Notes under the pieces: model-generated
Seen by the model: the letters and a program-made list of their open reading frames with translations, nothing else
Told to the model about the DNA's origin: nothing
The model's database searches: none
Source: Microbotryum violaceum
Lineage: Eukaryota
NCBI GenBank assembly: GCA_001244265.2
Contig: CDLV01000007.1
Coordinates: forward strand, 2,356,001 to 2,420,000
Direction: 5' to 3'
DNA length: 64,000 nucleotides
Part shown: positions 37,800-49,870 of the stretch, piece by piece
How the letters are laid out: each line of letters begins with the position of its first letter
Numbering within the stretch: the first letter of the stretch is position 1
Translations under genes and position numbers: made by a program

Positions 37800-38760
37800 G
37801 CGAGCTCTTGCGGCATACCGCCCTTCCGCGCTCGCCACCGGTGCTCATCGTCCCCCGGACGAAGATACGTATGGACGACGACGACGTCCCTCCTACTGCA
37901 TCCAAGCTCAGGACAAAGCCGCGCGGGTGTACGAGCAGACCCTTGAGGCTTGCGGTCGCATCCACGGCCTACAACGATCCTGACCACGTCATACTGCGCC
38001 AAGAGAAGGAAGATATGTACATGGAGGCTTTGTGTCAGCCCCGTTCGCACATGGACAGACAAGCCGGTCAGTTGACGAAGGACCACGGCCTCAGGCTCAA
38101 CATTATTGAGATCATGAAATTCGTGAGCGCCGTCGATGTCCAGTCAAGGCCGCTATCCCGAAGAGGCTCACGTGCGCCGGACACACTGAAGCCTCGATGG
38201 ACCTCGAACGAGCCGACTCAAGGAGTTGATTATCACCAAGGTCGTGACTGGAAGCACTTTACGCGTTTCCGCGAGCGGGCAAAGGATCCCCATTTGCGCT
38301 TCGACTTCATGGTCTTCTACGACGACACGTATCGTAAAAAGAGCTCGGCGATCCCGACAGGTCGGTCCACTTCGCTCCTCGTTGCGAAAGGCACGCGTCT
38401 GGGTGGGCCATCGGTGGATCAACTTCGAGTAAAGTCCGTCACCGAGATGAGCGTCGAGGACCGAGTGATCCGACGTGTCGGGATCGCCAAGCTCTGTACG
38501 ATCAGGGTCATCGTAAAGGACCATGAAGTCAAAGCCCAATTGGAGATCAGCAAAGAAACGCGTATAACGCTTCCAATCGTGACCTTGGTGGTATTCGAAT
38601 GCCACTTCGAGTCGTTCGAAGTTCATCGAGCTTTGAGGGACATTCTTGGCGGGTGCGCTGGGTTTTGGTGCTCGGTGAGCTTGGTGCGCTCCAGGTTGAC
38701 AGGTATTTTCCGGGCGGCGGTACTACCCGGTCGGGTGGGTATTGCCGCGACGGTCATCCA
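37800..38760. pseudogene. Two convergent, apparently degenerate fragments of an uncharacterised gene family
   Basis: The copies differ by a 1-nt offset before YHQG and another after YDD. Aligned segments KPRWTSNE (+) and KAR*TSND (-) differ by TGG/TGA. No clean exon structure. Confidence 0.4.
38189..38633. repeat. Imperfect inverted repeat (arms ~38189-38385 and ~38451-38633, ~65-nt spacer) formed by two diverged copies of a coding fragment
   Basis: The + strand reads YHQGRDWKHFTRF...RFDFMVFYDD and the - strand reads YHQGHDWKRYTRF...GFDFMVLYDD. Exact reverse-complement blocks: 38234-43/38581-90, 38303-14/38519-30, 38347-59/38476-88. Confidence 0.9.
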
Positions 38761-39312
38761 CGCCTATCGGGTCGAACCCGCAGGAAACCAAGTCAGCCGG
38801 GGTTTGCGAACGAGGTCAAGGCGTTAGTCGATGGACATTCTGTCAAGCTCGCCACCCGCACACCCGATGTCGGCGCCCACCGGGACATTAGTAGGCTTTA
38901 GACATTCGCCGCGATGACTCATGGGGGTCGAATGAAAACGAAATGACAGCTTTGGTCATTGATTACTCGTTAGTGGTCACGCAACCGCGACAAGGAACTG
39001 AACTGCAAGTGAGTATGCCAATTGTCCCGTATGAGATTGCCTGTGGCACCATGCGCTGTGGACACCCGGTCTACGCTAGTCGGTTCGGCTAGGCTTGGCC
39101 GCGGCGATCAATCCTCACCAAACATGGGCGGTGCTTTCACGCGAGGACTCTCCTGTCTCGGTGAAATAGGCGACCCGACAAGGCATAAGCGCGCAACTGA
39201 GCGCCGACCTTCCACCTCCGTCTCATCACTACCACAGCCCATCCTCTCATACACCGTCCTATCCTATCCTCCTGCTTTTCCTCGACCCTTTGAACCACTC
39301 GCATTACCGCTG

Positions 39313-42300
39313 ATGCATTTGCGACTGAAACCGCAGCACGGCGCGTGGTCGCTGCTCGTCCAGACGCAGTTCGGCCTCGCGCTCGCGATCGGTTTCCTGC
39401 CCAACCGCCAGGCTCGTACGCCACACCACCTTCCGGGTCGTTACATCGTTGAGACGACGCCTGCTCTCGCTGGTTCAGACCATACAACCTCCTCCGTGAG
39501 TTGCCTTTCTCCAACGTCAAACCGCGTCACCTCGGTGTCTCGAGGCAACCGCGCGCGCAAAGCAGGGTTTGCACGGACACTTCCGGGACGGGGTCATCCG
39601 AACCCAGGACGTCGACTCATGCTTGTGGTTGTGACGGTGCTACAGATACTAGACACGGTCATATCTCACGTCCAGTCGCATTTGGACATCGAGCGCATTC
39701 ATCACACGTTTCAACACGACCTGTTCACCGGATTCTCTGTTCAACTCGCCGGCAACACGACCCACCACCACTTACGCAAGCTCGAGCACGTCGTCGTGAG
39801 TTTTCCCGCGCACATTTGAGAAGTGGAATGCAACCCGCCACTAAGCTGTGTATTCTGTCCTACAGAACGTTCACCCCGTCAGGATGTACGACGCGATCAA
39901 TCATCCCAAATCGCCTAGACAGCACCACTTCCACCTCGACCACGATCGCGCCGGCTACGCCAATGACAATTTCTCGCCTCACAAGATGACCGGGGTCGAC
40001 AAGCTTCACAAGAAGGGCATTCTTGGCGCTGGAGCTCTGGTATGCGTGGTGGACACAGGAGTTGACTACAAGCTCCCCGCTCTTGGTGGGTGCTTCGGCT
40101 CCAACTGCCACGTCAAAGTTGGTCAAGATTTCGTAGGCGACGATGGGGAACATCCCGACAGTGATCCTTTCGCTCAATGCCAAAGTCATGGAACGCAGTA
40201 AGTTCCAGCAGCTCCCTTCGACCGAAACCTCATCCACCACAGTTTTCTGATCCGCTCCCGTGTGCGTGTGTGTGAACAGCGTTTCTGGTATCATTGGCGC
40301 TCTCCCCAACAAGGATGGCTTCACCGGTGTTGCACCTGAGGCGGACCTTGGGATGTTCAGGTTAGTCTCTCAAGCATAAAACTTTGAGGCGGCTAACATT
40401 GGCTAGCCTTCGGCCAATCTTCAATAAACTAATCATGACGGCCCTCTCCACTGCACGGTCAGGATCTTTTCTTGCGACGGACCCGCGCCTGACGATGCTA
40501 TCATACAAGGCTTGATTGCCGCCGCCAAGAGCAACTGCGATGTCATCAACATGTCGCTTGGCGGCAGGGCTGCGTTTAGCGAAGCGGGCGTGTTGGACCG
40601 GGTCGTTGGTCGTCTCGCGGCGAGGGGTATCGTCGTAGAGATCGCTGCCGGGAACGGCGGACAAGCGGGTCTCTTTACGACAAGCTCGCCGGCTTTGTCT
40701 CCTGGAGGGACGAGTGTTGGTTCCGTCAATGTCGAGACTTTTCCCGCATTCCGACTCGATCTTGAGGGTGGTGGTTCTCTCCAGTCGATCCCCTACCTCG
40801 CGAGTGCCCGCTACAATTCAACCGCGCACCTGCCACTGGTCGCACTTTCCTACGATACGAAACCCAGTCATATTGGGGCAGCATGCGAGCCAATTCCGGC
40901 GTCGATTGATTGCAAAGGTGCAATCGTGATCACACAAAGGGGCCTCTGTCCTATGGCTCAGAAGTTGCAGAACCTCGTCGCCGCCGGTGCCCTGGTGATC
41001 GCTCTCTACACCACCAACTCGTCAGCAGCGTTCACCGTCTACACTGCGGAGCAATTTCCTCTCTTCCCTATCGTCACGACTACGAACTTCACTAGTAAAC
41101 TCCTGGAAGCGCTCAAGGCCAACCCGCACATGAAGGCTTCGCTTTCTGGCACGCTACTCGAGTCTGACCACTGCATTGTCGACACCGTCACTGGTGGCCT
41201 CGTCTCCGAGTTTTCTGCGATAGGTCCTTCGGCCGACATGCTGATTCAGAGCGCATTCTGCGCACCTGGGGGCAACATCTTGTCCACCTTTCCTTCCACT
41301 GACGGCGGAATCGGCATTGACAGCGGAACATCAATGGCCACGCCATTCGCGGCAGGTGCCGCCGCGTTGCTTCTTGCCGGCCGTCGTTCCGAAAAGCTGA
41401 CGCCAGCGCAGATCAAATCGTTGCTCGTCACAACTGCGAAACCGATTCCAGTGACTCCGCACAGCTCCGATCTGGTCAGCACGTTGAGGCAAGGCGGCGG
41501 TCTGATCCAAGTCGACAAGGCATTCGAGGCAAAGACATTCTTCAGCCCCCTCGCGCTAAGCCTCAACGACACGGCCCACCCACGTCTCACACACGAGATT
41601 GAGATCACTAACACAAACGAATTTGACGTCACCTACACGTTTGGCTCGAGATCAGCACAGAGCCTGGCGGCGTACAATAGTGTGAGTGCGCGCTTTGCTG
41701 CGCAGTGAACTTCCGTTCAGCTTACGTTTTGTCGATTCCTTGCCGCGACTTACGATATTTGCTTCACCAACGCAGAGCGCTATCGAAGCTGTGCTACCCG
41801 CGGAGACTGCGTTTCAAGTACTTGGGGTCGCGAATGTTCTGTACCAGGTTCCTGTCCTGCGAGTTCCCGCCGGTAAGACGGGGAAGATCGTTGTGACCTT
41901 CAAGCCCCCAGTCTTCTCCAAAGAGACTGTAGCCCAAATGCCGTTTTACGGCGGGTTTCTCACGATCCAGAGTGACGAGTGCACGCAGATCGACTATTCG
42001 ATTCCTTACTTTGGATCGGGATCGAGGCTCATCAAGATGCCGGTCGTGGACACTACCTCAACGTTCACCCCTCTCGCCCTTGGCGACGATGGCACTACGG
42101 AGCAAGACTACTCTTCCTCGCCTCTTCCCCTTTTGTCGACAAACGACAACAAATTGAAGATTCAAGTACCACAGACAGACCCGGAAGAGGTGGTGATGTA
42201 CCGTCGTGCGTCCGGCGTGGCTTTACGAGTCCGATTTGCAGGTGAGCAACACTCGCATGGACACTCCCCGGGTTCAGCGATTGGTAGGAGACTGACCACG

Positions 42301-42881
42301 CTCACGCTTGTGCAACAACATGACAGGCCCTTCGAGGATGGTCACCGTTGATCTGGTGCACGCCAATACGACCTTTAAGGCGAACTTGCCTCGCCGTGTT
42401 CGTCAGACTCCGACCGCAGGCCTCGTTCTTGAGGACTTGAACCCGGTGACCATGCACTTCGGGGAGGACGATGACGACGACGTGCCGGGGTCTTCTTCGT
42501 GCCCTTCTTTCTCAAATGCCCATGTCATCAGCCGAATCTCAATGGCCGCCGACATCCCCCGAGATATGCCCGACAGTGGCGACGGACCGGCCACAAGCAA
42601 TACTCTCGTCTTCCAGGGCAAGATCTCGGAAACGCTGGACCCCGACGACGAGAAGATGCTCACTTCGGTCCCGGCGCACACACCGTACAAGATGCTTCTT
42701 AGGTCAGTCCCGATAATTGGATCACCGTCTTTCCGCACAAGAATGATCAAGAACCCGCACACATGCTCATCCGCCTTGTCGCGTGTCTTCCTGACGCAGG
42801 GCGCTCAAAAATACTGCCGACGCGAAGTACGATTGCAGTTGGGAGTCGTGGCTATCGCCTCCGTTCGCGTTTTTGGACTAG
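39313..42881 (+). CDS. Subtilisin-like serine protease (S8) with propeptide, PA domain and C-terminal Fn3-like region
   Basis: Catalytic motifs VVDTGVDY, HGTH|VSGIIGA, AAGNGG and SGTSMATPFAAG. PA insert (GAIVITQRGLCPMAQKLQNLVAAGA), QGGGLIQV, and C-terminal WESWLSPPF. Confidence 0.92.
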
Positions 42882-43061
42882 CCCTCGAGTCTCCTCCTTC
42901 GTCCTATGTATATGTGATTGTCGTGCTGCACTTATTATGCAAAGATCCCTGAATATCTTCCGCTGCATATATTGCACCTTGTCTTCGATTAACTTGCAAT
43001 CACAAAATCATTTTGTGAGTCCACTGCGTTGCATGAGTTGACTACGAGGCTGTATCCTGAT

Positions 43062-43883
43062 TCATTGCTTGGCTTTCTTCTCCTTGTCGACCTTATCAAC
43101 ATTCACCATAGTGGGTACAATGTATGTCGCACTGAAGTCCCTCAACGCTTTAGCGACCCTCCCTTGCGGCAATGGCTTGCCATCCCATCGATCCTCGAGC
43201 TTGACAATCTTGTCATCGCGATCGAGCTCGATGTCGACCAGCGAGTTGATGATCTTCTCCTGGCCCGTCACGGGAAGGACGTAGCGCTGTCGCTGCTCGT
43301 ACTGGAGGATAGGAGGTTCGTTCTTGGTCACCTTCCATGCAAGCGTCTCGGACGATTTGAAGATGTTCATTCCGGCCCATTGCGCGCTGTATTGATCGTA
43401 GCCCTCGGCGTATGCGATTGGATCGGCGAAAATTGCGTCTACAAATTTTGAAGAAAGGGAGAGCAATAAAAGGGCAGCTTGGTATGACAGTACGATGGGT
43501 ACTGAAATAAGTGATGTAACTTACTCTTGGCCCAAGATCGCTCGAGAATTTCTTTGCTAAACTTGGCCGAGAACAGCTGTGTGGCGCCAAGAAAGAGGGA
43601 GGCTCATCAGCGGTCCAAGCAAAACCCGGCTCGTGCATGATACGTGGGCCACTGAGCTTACATCAAGGACGTCCTGTACCACTTGGGCCTTCTTGCCTTC
43701 CAACTTGATACCGTGATCGGTTTCACCGCCGACAGCGAACTGCTCCGAGGTAGATGACGACATTCTGAAATGCTGGTGATGGGCTGGGACGGAGGCCGCG
43801 TGAAGACCGGTAGAGGCTATGATTAGAATTGATCGAGGGGAGAGGATGAGCGGGACGAGGAGATTCGTGCGGCTGAGGAGCAT
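43062..43883 (-). CDS. NTF2/SnoaL-like protein, copy B
   Basis: ...VVQDVLD|LFSAKFSKEILERSWAK|NAIFADPIAYAEGYDQYSAQWAGMNIFKSSETLAWKVTKNEP...KIVKLEDRWDG; colinear with copy A. Confidence 0.75.
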
Positions 43884-44333
43884 TCGGATGGAGAGGGATG
43901 GGGAAGGAAAGAAAGGAAGACAAGCCCCACCGCGTCGGAACTGAAGCGAGTTCTCCCTCGGTGCCGAGCAGGAGAAGCGGAGCGCCACTTCCCGATCGGC
44001 GATGGCCCCGCGCCGGCACGTCATAGAGAGCCTCGCTGAGGAAGCGAGCATCGACCTGCTGCCTGTAGTGCATGCTACGCTGGGTACAGTTGTTCTAAGG
44101 TTTCCGGTAGGCTATAGAATTTTCAACAACGATTTCCAAAGAGGCATGGGTGAAGCTCATTGCACCTCGAGAAGACGTCTCAGGGGCTTGCCTCGGTGTC
44201 GAGGCAGCCTGAAATGTGGTCAAGCATCATTCTTTTGGCTACCGTTTCCGCGCACCGACAAGCTCATTGTATGCGTTCGAAATCAAAAGTTGCAACACAT
44301 CATGTTCATCGATCTCCAAGTCATAATTCACTA

Positions 44334-47119
44334 TTACCTAGGTGGCTGATACACGATGTTACCTTCACTGGAACTCGTGGCATACCTCTGCAATGGTGGT
44401 CGAGCACTGTCGCTCGGAGGCGCACCATTCTTGGCCTCGCGTCGACTCTGGCCCCCGCCACGTCCTCCACGACCACCCTTGCCTCCCGCACGACCATCCT
44501 CAGTCCCCAGCCCACCATTTGCCTGAGAACTACGCCCCTGCCCCTGAATTACTTGAGTTCGTGACGAGCCTTTGCGGTCCTTGGACCGTCCTCGGGCCTT
44601 TCTTGCGCCACTGCCTTCACGCCGAAGGGGTTCGCAAATCTGTTCGATCGCAAAGCCCGTCTCGACCATATCTCTCGCACGTATCATCTCCGCTTTGATC
44701 AGATCAACCATTTCGGGGCGGATGTTGCTCGCGGTGTTGCGCTCGACGTAGAAAGGGTCCTGAACGACCAAGGCGTGGTTCTGCCAGGCGCGAGGTTCTT
44801 CAAAGTGCTCGTACTCGATTGGAGAGGAAGACCTTGAGGCGAGGTGAACGTCGATAGGCTCAAGGTTGATATTTCGTAGGCCTTCAATTAGGTTCGAGTC
44901 CGTTCCTTCGGCGTCCATCGTGCCATTGATGAGTGCAGAAGCAGGGTCCTGCGCGGAAGCCAACCCTTCGATGCCACCGTCCAAGACACTGAGCGCCGAT
45001 CGGTAGTGCCTCTCCCGGTCCATCGCTCGCCCCAGTTTGACCGCCACGACCTGTCGCTCGGAATCGAACGACGTTTGATCCTCCCCCGCATAGCAGGAAA
45101 AAAATCCCACGGCCCACTCCTTCAACAAGCCGCATTCCATGGTCAATGGGCCGTCGTACCACTGACCAGGATAATGCTCAACGAATGTCGTGTCCCATCC
45201 CGTCGAGCGCTGTATGTTGTTCTTGCCATGCCGTTTACGCACCCGCGGAGTGGAGTAGAACCGGGTAGGTTCAGTCGAGGTGCTTTCAATTAACTTCTTG
45301 TCCTGCAAGTTGGGCAGGTGGTTGATTTGTTGTAGGTAGTTGATGGCGAGGAGAATGATGGTGTACGAAGACATCGAGATCGGTCCTTTGCTTCCGGAAG
45401 GGTCATTGAGCTCTCGGCTTCGAGCCCAATGTTTGAGAAAGACGCAGAAGGGGCGAAACATCGGGTGCAGTTCGCAATATGCCTTGATCAGCCTCGAATT
45501 AAGGACGCCTGGGAGTGGCACTATTTAACAGTGTGGTCGGGTACAGTATACTCAAGGGGTCGATCGTGAAGCTCACCCAGTCGCTCGTTGGTATTGATGT
45601 CACCTTGAATCACGTATCCATCCACGACGGCCTCGATCTTAACGATGGGTACGTTCGCAAAAGGGATCGGGGTCGCATGTTTGATATAAGGCAGGCTCTG
45701 GAGCTTGGTCGCCAATAGCCGCGGGTTGTAGATCTGTGGCAGTGCTTTGTTTGGGGCGTCGGACCGGCTGAAGAACTTGTCTCTGAAACCTTCGGGGCGA
45801 TACTGTCACCGGCGAGTAAGGAACAGGGGCAAGGATCATGTTAAATGAAGTAGTCAAGGCAGGGTAGAAGCTACCGCGAGGTCTTACGGGATCACAGAGG
45901 CACATGTCCAGGTCGGAAGCCTCGGTCGCCAGGCCAAACCGGACCGATCCGAACGGCTCGATACGGATCGGCATGCGATAAGGGTTGTGCGAGTGACCCC
46001 AGTTGAACCGCTGGGCGTTTAAAAAGTCTTCGAGCATTCTGATCAAATTTTCTCGTGCCTGCACGACGCCGTTCGGGGGAGACCGGGTCTAAGGAAAGCA
46101 TTGAGGGAGCAAGCAAAATAAGTAACAAACCTTCCATTCGAAATGCAAACCGCCGCCGAGCAAAGAGGGAGACTTGCGATGAAAAAGTTCCAGATATCTT
46201 CCTCGAGATTGTTTGTAGCGAGAGAGAACCCCGCAGAACCCCATGCAGGGTCCCGATCCAGGGTGACGGCATCTTGAGCGGTGTCCGGAAAGTGCTCGGC
46301 ATGTCTCCCGGGGTCATCACTGAACAATTCGTGCGACGAGCCTGGACCGGGATGACGTCCATAAAACCCTTCATTGAAGGCATCGGCATTTTCCTCGTCG
46401 AATAGATTATTGTGCGCCTGTATCGGAGGCTCTGGAGCTGGCGAATGCGGTAGATTGGTCCCTCGAGATGGGTGGGCTTCTTCGCCGCCGAGATTTCGAT
46501 TTGCTGGCTCAGGCTCGCCGTCCGGGGACATTACAACACGGGCCCCTTCTTCATCTTCGTACTCCCGGTTGGATATTTGATAACTTGTAACGGACGCGGG
46601 CGTCGCGTGTGACCCTGATGAATGGTTGCCATGGTGCGAGGTGGTGGAAGCGGAAGCGGTTGTAGGAGCGGCGGCCGTTCGCTGGGGATCGGGGTGGGGG
46701 AGCGGGCTCGACGCGGCCAGATTCGAGTCGCCCTCCGTGCCTGCGCGGTGTTTGGGCTTGCGATCCTTTCTGGTTCGTACTCTTCGCTTGTTCTGTTCAG
46801 CTGCTGATTGATCGGAGGATGCAGCAGCGACAGAACGGGTTAAAGAAGAAGCGGCGTGGGGTGGTTCCGACTTGGACGGCGTGCCTTTGTCGGTCTCCAT
46901 CGAGGGTGCCGAAGTTCGTATTGGTGTCGGTGCTGCTGCCGGTACGTCACATTGGGCATCGGAAAGCGTGGTTCTAGCCTTTTCGGGTGATCTGGTCGGT
47001 AATGGCTTGATGGGCCTCGAGGTAGACGGCGATGCGATAGAGGAGGGATGATCCGACTGCGGAGGCTGAGACTGATCGGCCGCCTTCCCCTTCCCCTTGG
47101 ACGAGTTCCTGGGTGCCAT
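44334..47119 (-). CDS. Cid1-family non-canonical poly(A)/terminal uridylyl nucleotidyltransferase
   Basis: PFGSVRFGLATEASDLDMCL (GS..DxD), ANVPIVKI..GDINTNERLGVLNSRLIKAY, KHWARSRELND...MSSYTIILLAINYLQ, PAP-associated LVVQDPFYVERNTA; long disordered N-terminus. Confidence 0.88.
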
Positions 47120-48110
47120 GTGGGATGAGAAGGATTGGTGCGAGTCGAAGACGACGGCGATCTTGGTGGTGACAGTGGTCGAGGGCTGGTTGGTACGACG
47201 TAGTTGGAGTGAGCACCGGCTCAAGCGCGACAATGGCGACACTCGACTCCGTTGTCCGAGCAAGAACAATCGGGGTTGGATCACGCAGAAGGAGCGCAGG
47301 GAGCTCCACACAAGCATGTACCGATGCCTCAGACACCGCGCCTACTCCACTTCGTGCTGGCTGGTTTTGGGGCCCGGCACAGCTGAGGCGATGCGGCGGA
47401 AGTGGGGCTCACTCCAGCAGCAGCATTTCAGGAGCGCACCGGCTAATCGGAATTTGAACATGCGCTACACTCCCGCAAAACACCAATACAATAGCTTGTC
47501 ACTACTTAGTACCGGCACGCGCCCGGCCGCCCCCACAGGCTCGCACTCTCAGGCTCAAACGCGTGACCAGATCCCCACGTCCAAGGTATGCATCAAAACT
47601 CCCTTCTAGATTTTACCTCTATTTCTCTTGATATTTTCCCTGGAGTATCATCAGTGGTTTAAAGCGCTCAAGTCGTCAGATATGGCACCCCCTCCGCCGG
47701 CGATTACAGTTCTCCCGCGCCGCATGTGTGCGCGTGGTCAGTTCTAACGAGGAGGGTCTCCTTTTCAACCGTCGCACCTGTTTGACTTTGCGGCGGCTCT
47801 CGCCGAGTGTCGAGTCGCAGCATCTCCTCTCCTTTCCACGCAGGCGCAATCGTTCACACGCGTCATTCCATCGCACCCCCTTTCGGATCTCGGTCCTTTC
47901 GACGGTGTCCACCATTCCGCCTCACCTCCCAGCCATCATGCATCGGTCGGTAGCTTGAAGTACCTTTGCCCGAGGACTTGCTCGGCGCTCCTAATCGGGG
48001 CGCCGCGCTTATCGACCGATTGACTGACTCGTCGAATCGTACTCGCTGCCTTCTTCAACTCCAGCTTGGACTTGACCACCGATCAAGACGAGGAAGCGGG
48101 CCAAACGACT

Positions 48111-49652
48111 ATGTCACGCTTTATCCCTGCACATCGTCCACCAGCTTCCGTTTTGGATGCCCGATCACCATCTGACGTGCTGGCACATCGTGTTCGACTC
48201 GCAACTTCGTCGAGCGCAGCATTCAACACCTCTTCAACCTCTCGACCACCTCGCATCGAGCCATTCCCTCGAGCCATTCCCGAAGAGATCATCCTCGCGA
48301 TCGTGCGCTGCAACCTTCCGCCATGTTCACCAGAGTCGTACCTCCCTCGCTATCGGCTCTTGACCCGTGTGTATGGCCGCCTGTCCAAGGCGTGGTACCG
48401 GGTCGCTCAACTCGAACTGCATCGACACGTCGTACTCAAGACGCCGGTACATGCTCAACGATGGCTCCAAGTCATTGCATCCGCCGATTCCGTCAAGAGG
48501 TCATGGAGATTCAACACCGTGGCGCTCACCTTGGGCACTCCTGACGGCGACAATGAGATCTGCACCCCCACTGGATCCCATCGCCTGACCCGAATCGCGT
48601 CGAATTGGAGCGAACAGGACGAGACTGATCATCTCGTGACTCGTATCGTCAAGCACACTCCCTCACTCCGCCGAGCCTGGCTTTACAGGTGCCGCTTCGA
48701 TCCTTCTGATCTTTCGGTCGCCGTCGAGTTGACGACGTTGGTTTGCTCCAACTGTGAGCTGGTCCTAGGTGGAATCAATCAAGAGACCAGACACATCGCC
48801 GTCCCCTGCTGCGACGTCCTTGCGTGGCACCTCCCTCGACTGCGTGCGTTGGAGCTTCATCACTGCCTCATGTGGAGCCATAGCTCAGACTCGGCGAGTT
48901 CCTCTTCGGCCGTCGGGCCGCCCCACCCCCACCCCGAGGTAGCTCGCATCCTCTTCAACCCATCGTCGGTACCGTCGTTGGTCAACCTCGCTCTATCGCT
49001 ACTACCTACATCAATGCCATTGGCGCTGGACCTCCTTTCTCCTCAACTCGAGTCGCTCTGGATCACTCGCACGCCCCTGCAAATCCGACCGCGCTCGACG
49101 CAATGGCCCCTCTTGCCCGAGTTCGGAGCGATGCCCAACCTGCGCCATTTCGCGATCGACGTTTTTGGCGGTGGAATGCTGCAACGTGATGTCCCGGCTC
49201 TGGCGTCGGTTCTACAAGGATGTCGGTCTCTTTTGACCTTGAGGATTGATTCACTCTGGATCCACCAGTTTGAACAGGTGATGTTCCACAACCCTTCTTT
49301 CCAAGCCACGGTTCACTCTGGAAGGATGCGAGCCGCTTCGTCGACGAGCTCGAACCGCACCCAGTCAGGTCGTAATCCGAACCCACTCTGCATCCTGAAC
49401 CACCTGTCCCAACTCCGAGTCGTCTTCCTACCCCAAATCCCCATTCAAGAGCTGAAGCTGACCGCGCACGAAGAACATCAAGCCACCATGATCCGTGACG
49501 AGACGACACTGCTTTTGCACCGACGTGGGATCAGACTGAGCAACTTTACACTCGAGTTCGCTGGGGAGACGTTGATCAAGACCTCGCTGGATTCTCTGGA
49601 GGTCGATCCTGGTTACAGTCTGTGGCATGCGTTTGTGGGTCGTTTTGTTTAA
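48111..49652 (+). CDS. Uncharacterised protein with F-box-like N-terminus and LRR-like repeats
   Basis: Open frame of about 513 aa from ATG 48111. IPEEIILAIV...LSKAWYRVAQLELHRHVVL is F-box-like; LPRLRALEL, PSLVNLAL, MPNLRHFAI and LSQLRVVFL are LRR-like. Confidence 0.6.
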   Translation: MSRFIPAHRPPASVLDARSPSDVLAHRVRLATSSSAAFNTSSTSRPPRIEPFPRAIPEEIILAIVRCNLPPCSPESYLPRYRLLTRVYGRLSKAWYRVAQLELHRHVVLKTPVHAQRWLQVIASADSVKRSWRFNTVALTLGTPDGDNEICTPTGSHRLTRIASNWSEQDETDHLVTRIVKHTPSLRRAWLYRCRFDPSDLSVAVELTTLVCSNCELVLGGINQETRHIAVPCCDVLAWHLPRLRALELHHCLMWSHSSDSASSSSAVGPPHPHPEVARILFNPSSVPSLVNLALSLLPTSMPLALDLLSPQLESLWITRTPLQIRPRSTQWPLLPEFGAMPNLRHFAIDVFGGGMLQRDVPALASVLQGCRSLLTLRIDSLWIHQFEQVMFHNPSFQATVHSGRMRAASSTSSNRTQSGRNPNPLCILNHLSQLRVVFLPQIPIQELKLTAHEEHQATMIRDETTLLLHRRGIRLSNFTLEFAGETLIKTSLDSLEVDPGYSLWHAFVGRFV

Positions 49653-49870
49653 CGAGATTAGGATGACCAAGTTCGTGCCGTGCAGGCAAGGATCGGCGTC
49701 TTTTTTGAGACATCATTTTACTACGCGGCATCCGCAACTTTAGTACCTCATAATTAGGCACTGCAAAACCAAGACTGTACTGTGCATGAACTTTGAAGAA
49801 CAAGTGTATCACATTGCGCCATTATCTCAACCTTACAAAAGGAGTCGAGCGAGTAAATTCTTCACGCTAT

